DNA from: Pavona decussata
Taxonomy: Eukaryota
Direction of reading: 5' to 3'
DNA length: 64,000 nt
NCBI GenBank assembly: GCA_977016875.1
Contig: CDRNST010000233.1
Span: 930,001-994,000 of the forward strand
The translations under genes were made by a program, and so were the position numbers. Position 1 is the stretch's first letter; the number at the start of each line of letters is the position of its first letter. Shown piece after piece: positions 13,440 to 24,600 of the stretch. Below the pieces are notes generated by a model. That model made no database searches, had not been told where the DNA came from, and saw nothing but the letters and a program-made list of their open reading frames with translations.

Positions 13440-13976
13440 GCCCATCATCAGCTGGTGGGGTCGACTGGATGTGTGTCAATACAAGTAGCACCAACATTAA
13501 GCTTTCAATATTAATAAAGATTGAATATGAAATTATGAACATCGGCTACACAAAATAGTTTTCGCCGCGATAAAGTATCGAGGACGAACGGACCCCGAAG
13601 GTTCGTTCCCCCCACACACCCTTTTTTCAGATAAAGAGTTAGGAGTATATATATATATATACGAGGATTTTGCCATTACCAAACAAGGGAACTGTCCACA
13701 ATGAAGAGATGTTTGTAAGGACAGGTTCCACTGTAGCATGTATATTGCTAAATACAACGCCACATCAACGTATTCACAATTAGCTACTTGGGTAAAGTTA
13801 TTAGTAAAAGAATGAGTGGATACGTAGGTTAGCGTATGATTGAATTTACGAAAAAATAAAGGAGAAAATTGTGAATGATTATGTAGTCAAGAATTCGTGA
13901 GTGAGCGTTTGGGAGAATTTACAATTTGGTGAATTTATAATTTGTGGGTTATTTCATACGTGTGGGTGTGGACTAA

Positions 13977-14412
13977 AGCCTGGTTTACACGCACGACGCA
14001 AGCATAAGCATAAGCACAAGCACAAGGATGTTTACACGTGCGATAAGCATAAGGTGATAAGGTGACATACGCAAGTGCAGAAGCATAAAAATTTGGCGGC
14101 CGGGCTGCCTTTTGGCGCGAGATTTGATTCCAACATGGCGAACACATGACTAGAATGTACGCTGACAACTTGTCACTGTTTTTCAGTTTCCTTTCCTTGC
14201 GCTTGTGCTTATGCTTGCGTTGTCCCGTTTTACACGTACGACACAACGATGCAAGTACAAGCACAAGCACAAGAGAATGGAAATCGTTCCATTCTCCTGT
14301 GCTTGTCAGTTACGCTTGCGTCGTTGCGTCGTACGTGTAAAGCGGGACGACGCAAGCCTGATAAGCACAAGCACAAGGCGCTTATGCTTGGGTCGTACGT
14401 GTACACCAGGCT
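13977..14412. mobile_element. PIF/Harbinger-type MITE with internal GCATAA/GCACAA repeats
   Basis: TIR AGCCTGGTTTACACG.ACGACGCAAGCATAAGC / GCTTATGCTTGGGTCGTACGTGTACACCAGGCT, TAA target duplication. Confidence 0.8.
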
Positions 14413-14929
14413 TAAATCTCTACAGATTTATGATGGATCAGAGAATTAACTCTGCAGTGTATGTTAAAGCGCTAAAATGAACAAATGAATTTCCCACTGA
14501 TACGCGTTAGCCCCCGTAAGGAAATGGGAGATCACACGAGGCAAAGAAAAATATCCCCGATCAAGACACTGCATGCACTACAGAGTAAGTAAACATTTTA
14601 GCTCCTAGATTAGGTGTGTGACCATTTCGTAACCCACTGTGCTTCGTTCACAATCCACCGTGCATGTTTCTTGTTTATTTTTATATTATTGTAATGTTTT
14701 TGAAACGTGGAAATTAAGCAAACTTGAAAACCTTAACACCAGCCCGCACACGATACTTAAGTGAGGGAACCTATTCAAGTGCAAATCAGTTTTTTTTTAA
14801 ATACATTCCCGAGCAAGAGCTTCCGTTACAGGCTAGCCGGTCCAGTTCATTACCGAGAGCATACTATTGGTCGAAGACTCATCAATCAATACAGAAAGAA
14901 CAAACAACGGTTTACAAATGCTTCCCTGT

Positions 14930-15147
14930 ATCTTACAGTGCGACGCGCCTTACCGTGGCCAGCCAACAAACTTTTTTTTACAAGTTAGCCATAAAATACA
15001 AAACGACATGTTTTCAATAATTCCTTGTTGCATCTCTTGCTTGGCAAGGAGGCGTGACCGTTAACCAAATTCGTGTATCATGATTGGCTAACTTGTTAAA
15101 ACAAAGTTTGTTGTTTGGCCACGGTAAGGCGCGTCGCACTGTAAGAT
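14930..15147. mobile_element. Inverted-repeat element (Tc1/mariner-like MITE)
   Basis: ~60 bp arms atcttacagtgcgacgcgccttaccgtggcca...aagttagcca and its reverse complement at 15084-15147. TA|CAGTG...CACTG|TA termini. Confidence 0.7.
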
Positions 15148-15856
15148 GCTTAATGCAACTGGATCCTGGCCAGTTATCCCGCACTTTATCCCCCCCTAAT
15201 TTCGACATTCATCGGTTTGTGATGATGGGTGTTTGTTTAACACGAGAAAGTGGGCGTTACTGTTATCATTTTACCGCCTTTTTATCGTTCAGTAGACTTT
15301 TCTTCCCCCAAAAAATTAAAGAAGACTGTTGTTAACAAAGTTGTAATAATGCAAAGGACCATACCACGCACAAATAAACTGCTCTGAGTACGTTTCGTTC
15401 AGTGCCGAATCTCTTGTAGTAGAAATGCACGTGCCAGACATCACTTTACGTGTAAATAAACCAAACTGATTGCAGGGCTGACACTACGGCAAAAGGCATT
15501 TTTATCTGGGCCAATATTTCAACCAGTACCACCAGTCTTTTTCAGGGCCAGAGTTACAATGACAGAAAATAACGGGCTCTTAAAAATTTAAATAATTTCG
15601 AACGTAAACATAGCGTTTACAACGATTTTTGACAGCACAGCTGTATATACATGCAGGTGGAAAAGTTTGTTGTGGTTGTCGTCGTCGTCGTCGTCGTTGT
15701 TGTTGCCGTTGTTGTGTCTGCCGCTGCTGCTCCAGCGGTCCTCCAGCGGTTGATAATTTTTTGAGTGGGGACTGGAACAGAAAAAGGAAAGCGGTGAGAG
15801 CACTGGGAACAAAATTTAATTTTGCAGGATTTTGTTGTTCAATTGTTTCATCTATC

Positions 15857-18055
15857 ATGAAGTTTTATGTTCATTTTTGCGGTCCTCAGGAGTTTACCAT
15901 GGTTTTTAAATGGAGTGGCAATGAAAAAGGAAACCTGAAGCAAGTAGTGCAGAAATTTCTGGAGGCTTTTAATGCCAAACATTTGCCTTTGACGAAGCTA
16001 TCCCTCCACAACACCGCTCTCCTGGACAAGAGGAAAACCACTCTGTCACTTGAGAAAGAAGTCAATGCAGTCGTAAAAGATGGTACAGATCTTTTCGTTG
16101 TTGTCAAAACGTTTCCTCACCAGGATGAAAGACAAAAAAATCTTTTGGATTCACCAATGCAGTCCTCTGTTTCTTCACCGCTTCGCCCACTGTCTAAAAA
16201 AGAATCGAAGGCGGGCAAATTCGCCTGTGCCAATTCTCCAACCGCTTCTTCCGAAAAAGAACTCAAGGGCAGTGGATTGGATTCCGCCACTCGTTTTACT
16301 CTTCCACATCTCAAGAAGGTGGGAAGCCTTAGAGAGGCGGCCTGTGTTTGTGCTCAAACCTTACAGGTTGTGGAGAACAACTACTCTGCACTTTCTTGCT
16401 TAGCTGAAATTTACCTGGAAGCAGGACGTCCCAAACTTGCTCTGGAATACATCGAGGCTGCAGTAAAAGTGAACCCCAGTGACCCAAGTTTAAGCTTTAT
16501 CCTTGGCAATTGTCTAGCTGGCGCTGGAAGACTTGAGGAGGCAACAAATGCCTACATAAAATACATGGGTCATTTGGAGGCAACCGGAGCTTCTAAAAGA
16601 CAGATTCACGATGTCCAAGCAGCCATTGCCAAGATTTTTGCTAAAGAAGGAAAAGTCCAAATGGCAAGACAGCTGTTTGCTGATGTGCTTAAAGAAGACG
16701 ACTCCCATGTGGAAAGTTTAAGAGGGTTTGCAATTCACACTGCAGAGAATTCTCAGGAGGATTTACGTGAAGCTATAGCTGTCTTGATGTCTGCGTTGGT
16801 ACATAGCAAAGGCAATCGTGACATTAGAAAACCAGTGGCTGAACTGCTTAGCCGACCAGGTGGGATGTCTGTGTTTGAAAATCAGCTAAGCGACGCTTGG
16901 GAATCATCAGAATCAATGATGTACACTGCTGATATTCTTCGTGAATCAGGAGCCATGAAGCAATCATTAGAGTTAGTGATCCGTGCAGGCCAGCTTTCAC
17001 CATGTGATCCTAGCATCTGCCTGTACCTTGTTCACACTTATGAAATTCTTTATGAGCACAACAAGGCTTTCCTAGCGACACGTGCCTTTATGAACAAGAA
17101 CCTTGCTCTTAAAATTGGAAACATTTCATTCTCACAGATTGTGCCATTCCTGCAGCAGGTCACAGAAGATATTTATTTGTCAATGAGTAATGCACCAGTG
17201 ACAGTTTTTCCAATTTTCAACCATCAGGATGATGTCGGCAAAGCGTTGGACTCTGAGTTTCAGCAGCTTGGACTGTTGTTTACTCTAGTGAAGATCTTGT
17301 TTGTGAAAGGAGCATTGAATTTAGTGGAACCCTTGCTTCCTATTCTTGATAAACTGCATGAAGGTCGTGGTCTGCATCTCACAATTCTGCGAAATGAAGC
17401 TGCATTTTATTCATGCATTAGTCATGTGATGAAGGTCCCTTTTTCACCTTTACCTCAGGATCCAGAGTTCATTTACTTTGCATCAGACAGTCACTGTATT
17501 TCTGCATCATGGAGGTTGATTAATTACAGAGGGAAGCCATGTATCATTCATCCATTACTGGCTACAGGTGTGAAGATCTGGCACATTAGAAAGGAAGGGT
17601 ACTTTTACCCTAAATTTTCCCTCCTGAATGCACTGAAGGCGATTCCAGACAGCTCTGTTGTCATCTTTAACATTGGAGAAATTGATTGCCGAGAAGGTCT
17701 GTTTCAAGCTATAAACAGCTGCAAGTATGACACAATGGAAGAGGCAATTGAGACAGCTGTAGCTATCTACATAAGATTCCTTGAGGAGCAAAAGGAGCAG
17801 CATGATTTTGTGACTTTTGTCCACCCTGTATTTCCAATTTTGGATGAAACAAGGGGAGTAGTGCTGCAGTTCAACGAGAAACTTGAAAAGTGTGTAAGGA
17901 ATTCTGTTGGACTTCACTGGCTGGATCTCCTGGATGAGCTGCTGGTAAATGAGCATTCTGAGTTAAACAGTGAGTACAAACTAGATGGCACTCATGTTCA
18001 TCCAAAGTATGTATCTCTTTTGGAAAAAGCCTTAACAGAAGCTGTGGTGAAGTAG
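15857..18055 (+). CDS. Intronless TPR-repeat protein with C-terminal SGNH/GDSL-hydrolase-like domain and possible N-terminal ubiquitin-like domain (~732 aa)
   Basis: Long open frame. The likely start is the ATG at 15857 (MKFYVHF), just after a TTTTGCAG acceptor-like site. TPR-like helices (ALSCLAEIYLEAGRPKLALEYIEAAVKVNPSD; LGNCLAGAGRLEEATNAY). SGNH-like blocks FASDSH (17477-17494), GEIDC (17675) and DGTH (17984). Confidence 0.85.
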   Translation: MKFYVHFCGPQEFTMVFKWSGNEKGNLKQVVQKFLEAFNAKHLPLTKLSLHNTALLDKRKTTLSLEKEVNAVVKDGTDLFVVVKTFPHQDERQKNLLDSPMQSSVSSPLRPLSKKESKAGKFACANSPTASSEKELKGSGLDSATRFTLPHLKKVGSLREAACVCAQTLQVVENNYSALSCLAEIYLEAGRPKLALEYIEAAVKVNPSDPSLSFILGNCLAGAGRLEEATNAYIKYMGHLEATGASKRQIHDVQAAIAKIFAKEGKVQMARQLFADVLKEDDSHVESLRGFAIHTAENSQEDLREAIAVLMSALVHSKGNRDIRKPVAELLSRPGGMSVFENQLSDAWESSESMMYTADILRESGAMKQSLELVIRAGQLSPCDPSICLYLVHTYEILYEHNKAFLATRAFMNKNLALKIGNISFSQIVPFLQQVTEDIYLSMSNAPVTVFPIFNHQDDVGKALDSEFQQLGLLFTLVKILFVKGALNLVEPLLPILDKLHEGRGLHLTILRNEAAFYSCISHVMKVPFSPLPQDPEFIYFASDSHCISASWRLINYRGKPCIIHPLLATGVKIWHIRKEGYFYPKFSLLNALKAIPDSSVVIFNIGEIDCREGLFQAINSCKYDTMEEAIETAVAIYIRFLEEQKEQHDFVTFVHPVFPILDETRGVVLQFNEKLEKCVRNSVGLHWLDLLDELLVNEHSELNSEYKLDGTHVHPKYVSLLEKALTEAVVK

Positions 18056-19583
18056 TGGTTTTACTATTGAACTACAATATTTATTGTTACTGGTGTTTAT
18101 AAACAACACCTCCAGGTAACATTCCATCACGGTCACTTAAATGTTTCATTAGCAATTCATGTCTTCCTCTTTCATTTGTCTTCTGTTGTTCAGCCAACAA
18201 AGGATCAACAGTTGACTCACAGTCTGCACACCATCAGTCTACCAACTGGCTGTCCACCAAAAGCAATGCTGTCAACTGTCCAGCAGTCAGCGATTAGCTG
18301 AGAGTCAGCTGACTCTTTGCCATTTACTGGGCAACAGATTGCATGACAAACAGTAACCAAAGGGGGGAGGGGGGGGCTGCTGTTTACGACTGCATTTTCC
18401 AGCACAACTTTGTACTCCATCAACTTGAATACTTTGCATGTAGAGCTAAGAGAATGACTGCAATACATTAATTCATTACAAAGTGGTAGGCCACTACCTG
18501 AGATTTCACTGTTTATTATTAACTAGTTGTAGCCAGCTTGCACTTGTGCTGGTACATGTATGTGCTTGTGTCTAGTAGAATTGACTGCACATTTCCTCTT
18601 GTGTGGGGAGGGGGAGTAGGTGGCTCTAGAGGAAACAAGAGCCAGAAAATTTTGAAATCTAGAAACTCATAAATGCAATTTGCAGCCGATTCTGTGTGCA
18701 CCTCCAGTTAAGTGATATTTATGACCAAGTTGTAATAAAGGAGAGTTGCAGCATAATCAAAAGCTATTTCTACTAGTGAAAAAAATTTTCCATTTTGTAA
18801 TACACAGACTTGGATGCCATTTGACTGCCTTGTTGCAGTTAAATTCTTTAATGATAGTTGGTGCACTCACAGTTTTGTGAGAAATTACAACAAAATCATG
18901 TTCATACTTTGTAATGCTGCTTCTCACAACAGTTTGTTTTTTGACTTAGTAACAGCTTGCAGTCTTGCATCTTCATAAAATGTTTTTGCTCTCTCTGACT
19001 TTTGAAAAGGTATTGAAAAAGTCAAATTCACAACCTGCTCCATTTCTGATCTGACGTGAACCTCACTATAAGCTGGCTAAGTGCATTTAATTTTAATTTT
19101 TATTGGAGGGGGGGGGGGATATTACAGTCAAGACTCGCAACTTGCTATGCCAGGAAGTATTTATTTGTTTTAGTTTTTTCAGGTTTTCAACCTCTAACAA
19201 AACAAGTGTCAGGTCTCTTAACACGAGATTCTCATCTCTCAAGACGAGAGTCGCGTCTCGCGAGAGGGTGGTAACTTACTTTGGAGCGATACTGTACTCC
19301 CATGAAATAGAGGGTAATGTAAAACAAAACTTTTTTATTAGAATGGCCCTACTTTTTTTGGAAGGATTATCGTGGTAATGCTATGGAAAACAAATTTAAA
19401 ACTTATTATGCCATGTTTCAGAAGTGTTTTATTTTCATCTGGAAATATACAGTGGTGTCGTGATTGAGACCAAGTATTTCAACAATAGTTGGTGGTTTCT
19501 TTTTACCCTCCCTTTTAGTTGTGCTCAGAATCTTTTTGTTTCATTTTCTTGGCTCCTTGTATTGTTGGTTCAATGTAACGCGG

Positions 19584-19781
19584 ATAGGCCATTTTCATAA
19601 TGGTGCCATTTGACTACAACTTATTTACTACCAGAATTCATTCTGTTTCCTTTTCGAATTCAAATTTTGTACTCCCAGTGGAGAACAAAGAACAATAGCT
19701 CTAATTAGCATGTGAAAACAACAAAAAACTGGAGTATTCTGGTAGTTGTAGTGAAATGATGCCGTTGTGAAAATGTCCTAT
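19584..19781. mobile_element. Palindromic MITE, copy 2 of the 292-481 family
   Basis: Same TIRs and internal sequence (agaacaatagctctaattagcatg) as 292-481. Confidence 0.75.
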
Positions 19782-20212
19782 TGGTGTGTACTAACTAGAG
19801 TGTTTTTATTCCTAATAAATGTTTAATTATATTAAATGTCAAGTTTAATTGTTTTGCGAATTGTATTTGTAAAATTCAGTTGTTTAAAAAAAACCTCGCC
19901 CTCTGCCATCTTATCATCTTACTGTTTTCCTTAAAAATAATTCACTCCAAGTTGTTTCCACTGTTAGACTAACAGTTCCTTTCTGGATAGTTGAGAAGGC
20001 GCACAAAATAGCCAAGTGAATGAGCCTCTCCCCCAGCCCCCCTCCACACATTCACTCCAGTTTTTGGCTCTTTCGTTCCCCTATTTCGTGCAACCTCTCG
20101 ACTATCCAGAAAGGGACTGCTAGCATTATATTCCACTGTCAACCAGTACCATCGCCCGGTTAGCTCAGCTGGTAGAGCACCAAGCTGTAGCTGAGGGAAA
20201 GGACCCACAATA

Positions 20213-20684
20213 CAGTAAAAACCCGCGTGTAAGAACCTAGAAAATTAAGAACCTCCTGGCAGAAATTTGCTACTTTAATACCCCAAAATATAAGAACCTC
20301 TTTAGCCAAAAAAATTCCAACAGGTTCTTATATGCGGGGTTTAACTATTTTATTTATAATATTTTACCAAAAAGGTTGTCTTAAGAGATCAAAAAATTGC
20401 ACAGTGAAACTAAAAATGCACAATGTATGTTAAATGTGAACTGTTGTTATAAAACATTTCGGCTACAATTAAAAGAATGTACCATTTGTATGTAATCTTG
20501 GTCTTGGTTTAAGTGTTCCATGCCTGTATCATCTTGCAGCTCATTACAGTATTTTCTACTCTGTAAAAATTAAGAACCTAATTAAGAACCTACTTAGCCT
20601 AAAATGCCAGTAAGTACCCCAAAATATAAGAACCTGTTTTGCCAAACTCTAAAAAAGTAGGTTCTTAAACGCGGGTTTTTACTG
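20213..20684. mobile_element. Tc1/mariner (pogo-like) MITE
   Basis: TA|CAGTAAAAACCCGCG...CGCGGGTTTTTACTG|TA, with multiple internal TAAGAACCT motifs at both ends. Confidence 0.85.
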
Positions 20685-21483
20685 TATTGCACAATTCAAA
20701 TGAAAAATTAAGACCACTCCTCCCCCCCCCCCCCCCCATATCCCCTCCGCCCCATTTCAGTGATGGAAAAATGCCGCGTCTTGCTATGCGCATGAATTCA
20801 TCATCGATTTGGGGGGAGGGGCATTCAATTGTTTTTGCTCTGTCCAAGATTGCAGGTACCGGTCGTTTCGCTACACTGCAGTTTTAGTCGATTCGATACA
20901 TTGTATTAAACATTGGCATATCTCGAATATTTAAGTTCAATTTACTCCACGTAAATACTGACTGACTTTGATAAGGAGAAATAATCACATTTGTGCCCTT
21001 AACTTTGTAGTGAAACGATGTCTCTCAGTTGCTTTGCGTGGCATCTGATTGTCATGGGGTCACGCGATAAAAAAATCTTGAGCTCATTTGAGGGAGGGGT
21101 GGTTGTGGTGTTTATGAAAATAACGTAGAGTTTACCAATTACTAATAGAAAATGTCCTTTGTTTTTAGCCATTGCAAGGCGCTCAGACAAAATATGCCTT
21201 CAATTACTTAATGAGCCACACGTCATTCACACGGAGTCAGATTCTATCTACGTAATTTCGTTTATTTAAAGTAACAGGATGTTTCTTGGATCGGATAACT
21301 AAATTTTCAATATTTCATATGCTTTGCCTCTGCTTGATAATGTTGATCGAAACATTACAACAGGTTAATTTTTATTTGTTTTTTAAATATTTACGCAGGG
21401 TTGGCATGGCTAGATTTTATCTAGAAATTTCTGTATTTTTTTTCCGATTCATGGTATTAGCTGAGAAGCTTACCCCAGCCAAC

Positions 21484-21653
21484 CTGCCTCGTCCCCTGGT
21501 GCCGAGCAAAAAAAAAAAAAAAAAGGGAGCGCGGGGGTTAATGGGAAGGAAGCGAAACGCGGATGCATCATCAGTCCCACAACGCCACGCGCACCGCGCT
21601 AAATCAATCAATAACAGCACGCGATCAAGGAGCGACCCCTGGGGACGAGGCAG
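21484..21653. mobile_element. Small MITE with 9-bp target-site duplication (Mutator-like)
   Basis: TIR CTGCCTCGTCCCC / GGGGACGAGGCAG, TSD ccagccaac at 21475-21483 and 21654-21662. Related elements at ~43518-43685, ~48057-48104 and ~63310-63357. Confidence 0.75.
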
Positions 21654-24600
21654 CCAGCCAACGCTATTCTATAACCTTGAACGAAACCGCACAACTTGTT
21701 TCGCGAAGTTGCTATGGCTACCATCTAAGATACGTGACTACCCGGGTGCCGGCAACCGAAGGCATGCTGGGTAAATCATGTGTGTACATCACAGCCAATT
21801 CCCCGGCTGCTATTGTCGTTAAAATCGTTCGTTTCAAGAAAATCGAAAGAGGGTAAAATCCCATGTTTATCTAATGGACATAATTATAGTGATTGATTGA
21901 GTTAATCTTGACCCTTTGTTCTGATGCGATGCAGGCGTGGGAACCGTCAGCCGTGCGGAAACATTTCACGCTAAATTTTGAGCAACGTTTTTTATTGAAC
22001 GTTATAGGAGCATTAAGCTAAGAACGTCGTTAATTGCAATTGAGCTTATTTGTCGTGTTTATTTTGTAGGAAATAGTTTACATTGCTAATACGTAATAGA
22101 CATCTACTTAAGTTAGTTCAAAAACTCGGAGTGAAAATTGGCGCTCTTTTGCGGTCATTAACAACGCTCCAAGACTTCAAAGGTATTCTGTAACTTGCTC
22201 TGGAAAAAATATCATGTAGAGAGCAAGGTTGATACAGATCGTAAAAGCTTAAACGTGGAAAATTGTCAGCGTTGTTTGGTTTGGGATGACCTGACTTGTT
22301 TGTGTTATCTATCTAGTGAGTGCTTTCAAACACCCCTGACAACTCCACAACGGTACACGGTGAAATGGGTTAGTTAGCGCAATAAAGCAAATCAATATTC
22401 TTTTGTTGCGAATACAATGGCGTAATGTTTCAGGAAGCTTTTGGAGTTGAAGGCAAACATAAATAAACCGAGGTGGCGTGAGAATTTTCATAAGTCAGTG
22501 CATAGCGATGAAAGGTGAAAATATACACGTACCTAGGATTAGCGCAAAAAAGCGCATGCAAAGCGAAACCAGGCCAAAACTTCTGCTCTAATCTAAACAT
22601 ATTTGCTTTAAGGGTAAGTACGAGGAGTTTATTTGATAGTGTAATCTGTAATCTTAAAAGATTTGACATGATTTCCATCTCAACGCCTGTAACTTGAATA
22701 TCCGATCTTCATTAGTCAGCAACTAAAGTGCGTGTACAGTCAGTGGAGTGAGGTAACCAGAGAAATTCAACAAAAGCTTATTCAGCAGGAATATGAAACT
22801 GTCGTATTTGTTTCAATTTGGCAAATTTCCACGGGAAAAAACTGTTTCAAATGGCAAATTGTAATTTGAAAAGTAGAGGCCTGAGGCGATGCGACGAATC
22901 CAGACCATGCTAAACTGCAAACCTAAAGATGACAAATTTAGGGCGCGATCGGCAGAGACACTTTGAAAACATTGGTGTAGCAGAGAGCCTGGTCTGTTGG
23001 GCCTAGGCTAGGCTGGTTCATGATACCGTTAACTGAACTCAGTAGTAAAACAGAGGTGAACAGTGTTATGACTGGAAGAGTTCGAGTGCACTGGGATACA
23101 GCGCAATCAAATCAAACGATCTATGATTATAACGAGAGCACCTCAATGACCACGTGCAGTTTTAGTAAATATAAAGTTATAGTTCTCGGGTAACCTGGAC
23201 TACGACAAACGGCGAAAATAGCTTTTTCCTTCCTTTTTTTCTGCAATTTGTGCCTCAGTGGACCTCTTTTTAACTGTAAAGTTTGCTGATACACTTACAT
23301 TATGAGTGCAACGTGCGTAAATTGAAGGACTGCGGTTTAGTGTTTAGACAATTGCAAGATCGTTAGGCAACACATCAACAGTTTCTTTAAAAAAAAGAAA
23401 GTCCAGATGGAAAAAATATTTCAATTTTGTTCTCACGTTCATGTTGCATTCTGAGTCCATTAGATTCGATCGTTTTGGGGGGGGGCTAAAGTATATGCCT
23501 TGAGGCACGCTAAAACTGATTACATAATATAAGGACAGCCGAGTCTAGACGTTGACTGCCGGGATCATGATGGTGCATATTTTGTAGCATCCAGAAATGC
23601 TCTCATTTGCTCTATAGATTTATATATGTCAAAGATCTGTCAGAGCGGTCTATATTTACTTCGCCAAATAGGCTTATACATATTGCGAATTTTATGGCAA
23701 TGTTATGATCATACAAGTAATGTGGGTCCCCGAGGTCTGTTTGTTTTGTTTCCACGAGACACAAGCATACGCGCGAGTACAAAAGTGTGTGTAAACACCG
23801 CCCACGAAATGCACGATCAAAGATCATCAAAATGTTCTCATATCTGCAGTGACGATGCCTAGGTTGTACTGGTTCTTATGCACGCGAGATTGCCTTACCA
23901 GTAAAAACCAGACACAAAGGCCTTGAGCCTGAAGCCTGGTTTTCCCTAGCTAACCCTGCAGCCAAGAGCGAGCATAAAGTGAGTGAAAAAGCAGTACTAG
24001 TCCTCAGGCAAAAATAACAAGCGGTTTTTATGGTTTTGTAATTGTCTTAACAGTTTCTGGCCGACCTAACCGCCGTGGCACTACAACACGACCTTTGCGG
24101 ACACTAGACTGACACATAAAGCTTTCGCGGGCCGATGAATTGAAGCAGTAACTTAAGAAGAGAAAAAAAAAGGCCACCAATTATTTGTCTGAGTTCAAAA
24201 AGGTCGGAATATCGTTTGTCCTAATCCAGCTAGCATTGCCTTGGTACCTTACCAGTAACCTTATATTTTGAAGCCCAAGGAAAATGCGGAAATCCTGGGA
24301 TTATTTTAAACGGATATTTGAACAAAAATGAGCGCGTACAAAGGAGATTTCAGCAAACTCCATCCGTTTCCGAAAGTTGTTGTGAATTCTGCCAGTCCGA
24401 TCCGACCTCTAGCTCAGTATTGGCGGTGACAGTGAAAAACTTGGTTTTTAACAATCGATCAAATATTTGCTTGTAATTTTTATGTATTTGTGTTTGCGTT
24501 CGTTTTAACTCGATTAACAGAACTCTGAGAGGCTTAAATCAGTGTTTGCGACCGTGTTTGACAACAAAATATTGTTTTGCGTGTTGCAGAAAACGTTTAT

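Noticed and set aside
13935-14480. Several overlapping ORFs and short spaced repeats superficially like a CRISPR array
   Set aside because: All lie inside a Harbinger-type MITE with hexamer repeats. No repeat-spacer regularity, and the context is eukaryotic.
15629-15856. N-terminal extension of the 808-aa ORF (CCGCRRRRRRCCC...)
   Set aside because: It starts at a non-ATG codon and derives from a (GTC/GTT)n microsatellite. An acceptor-like site precedes the ATG at 15857.
20155-20200. Possible tRNA gene
   Set aside because: Only the 5' half/A box is present, with no T-arm or acceptor stem. SINE-derived.
21286-21774. 162-aa ORF
   Set aside because: It runs through a poly(A) tract and a MITE, with no protein-like signal.
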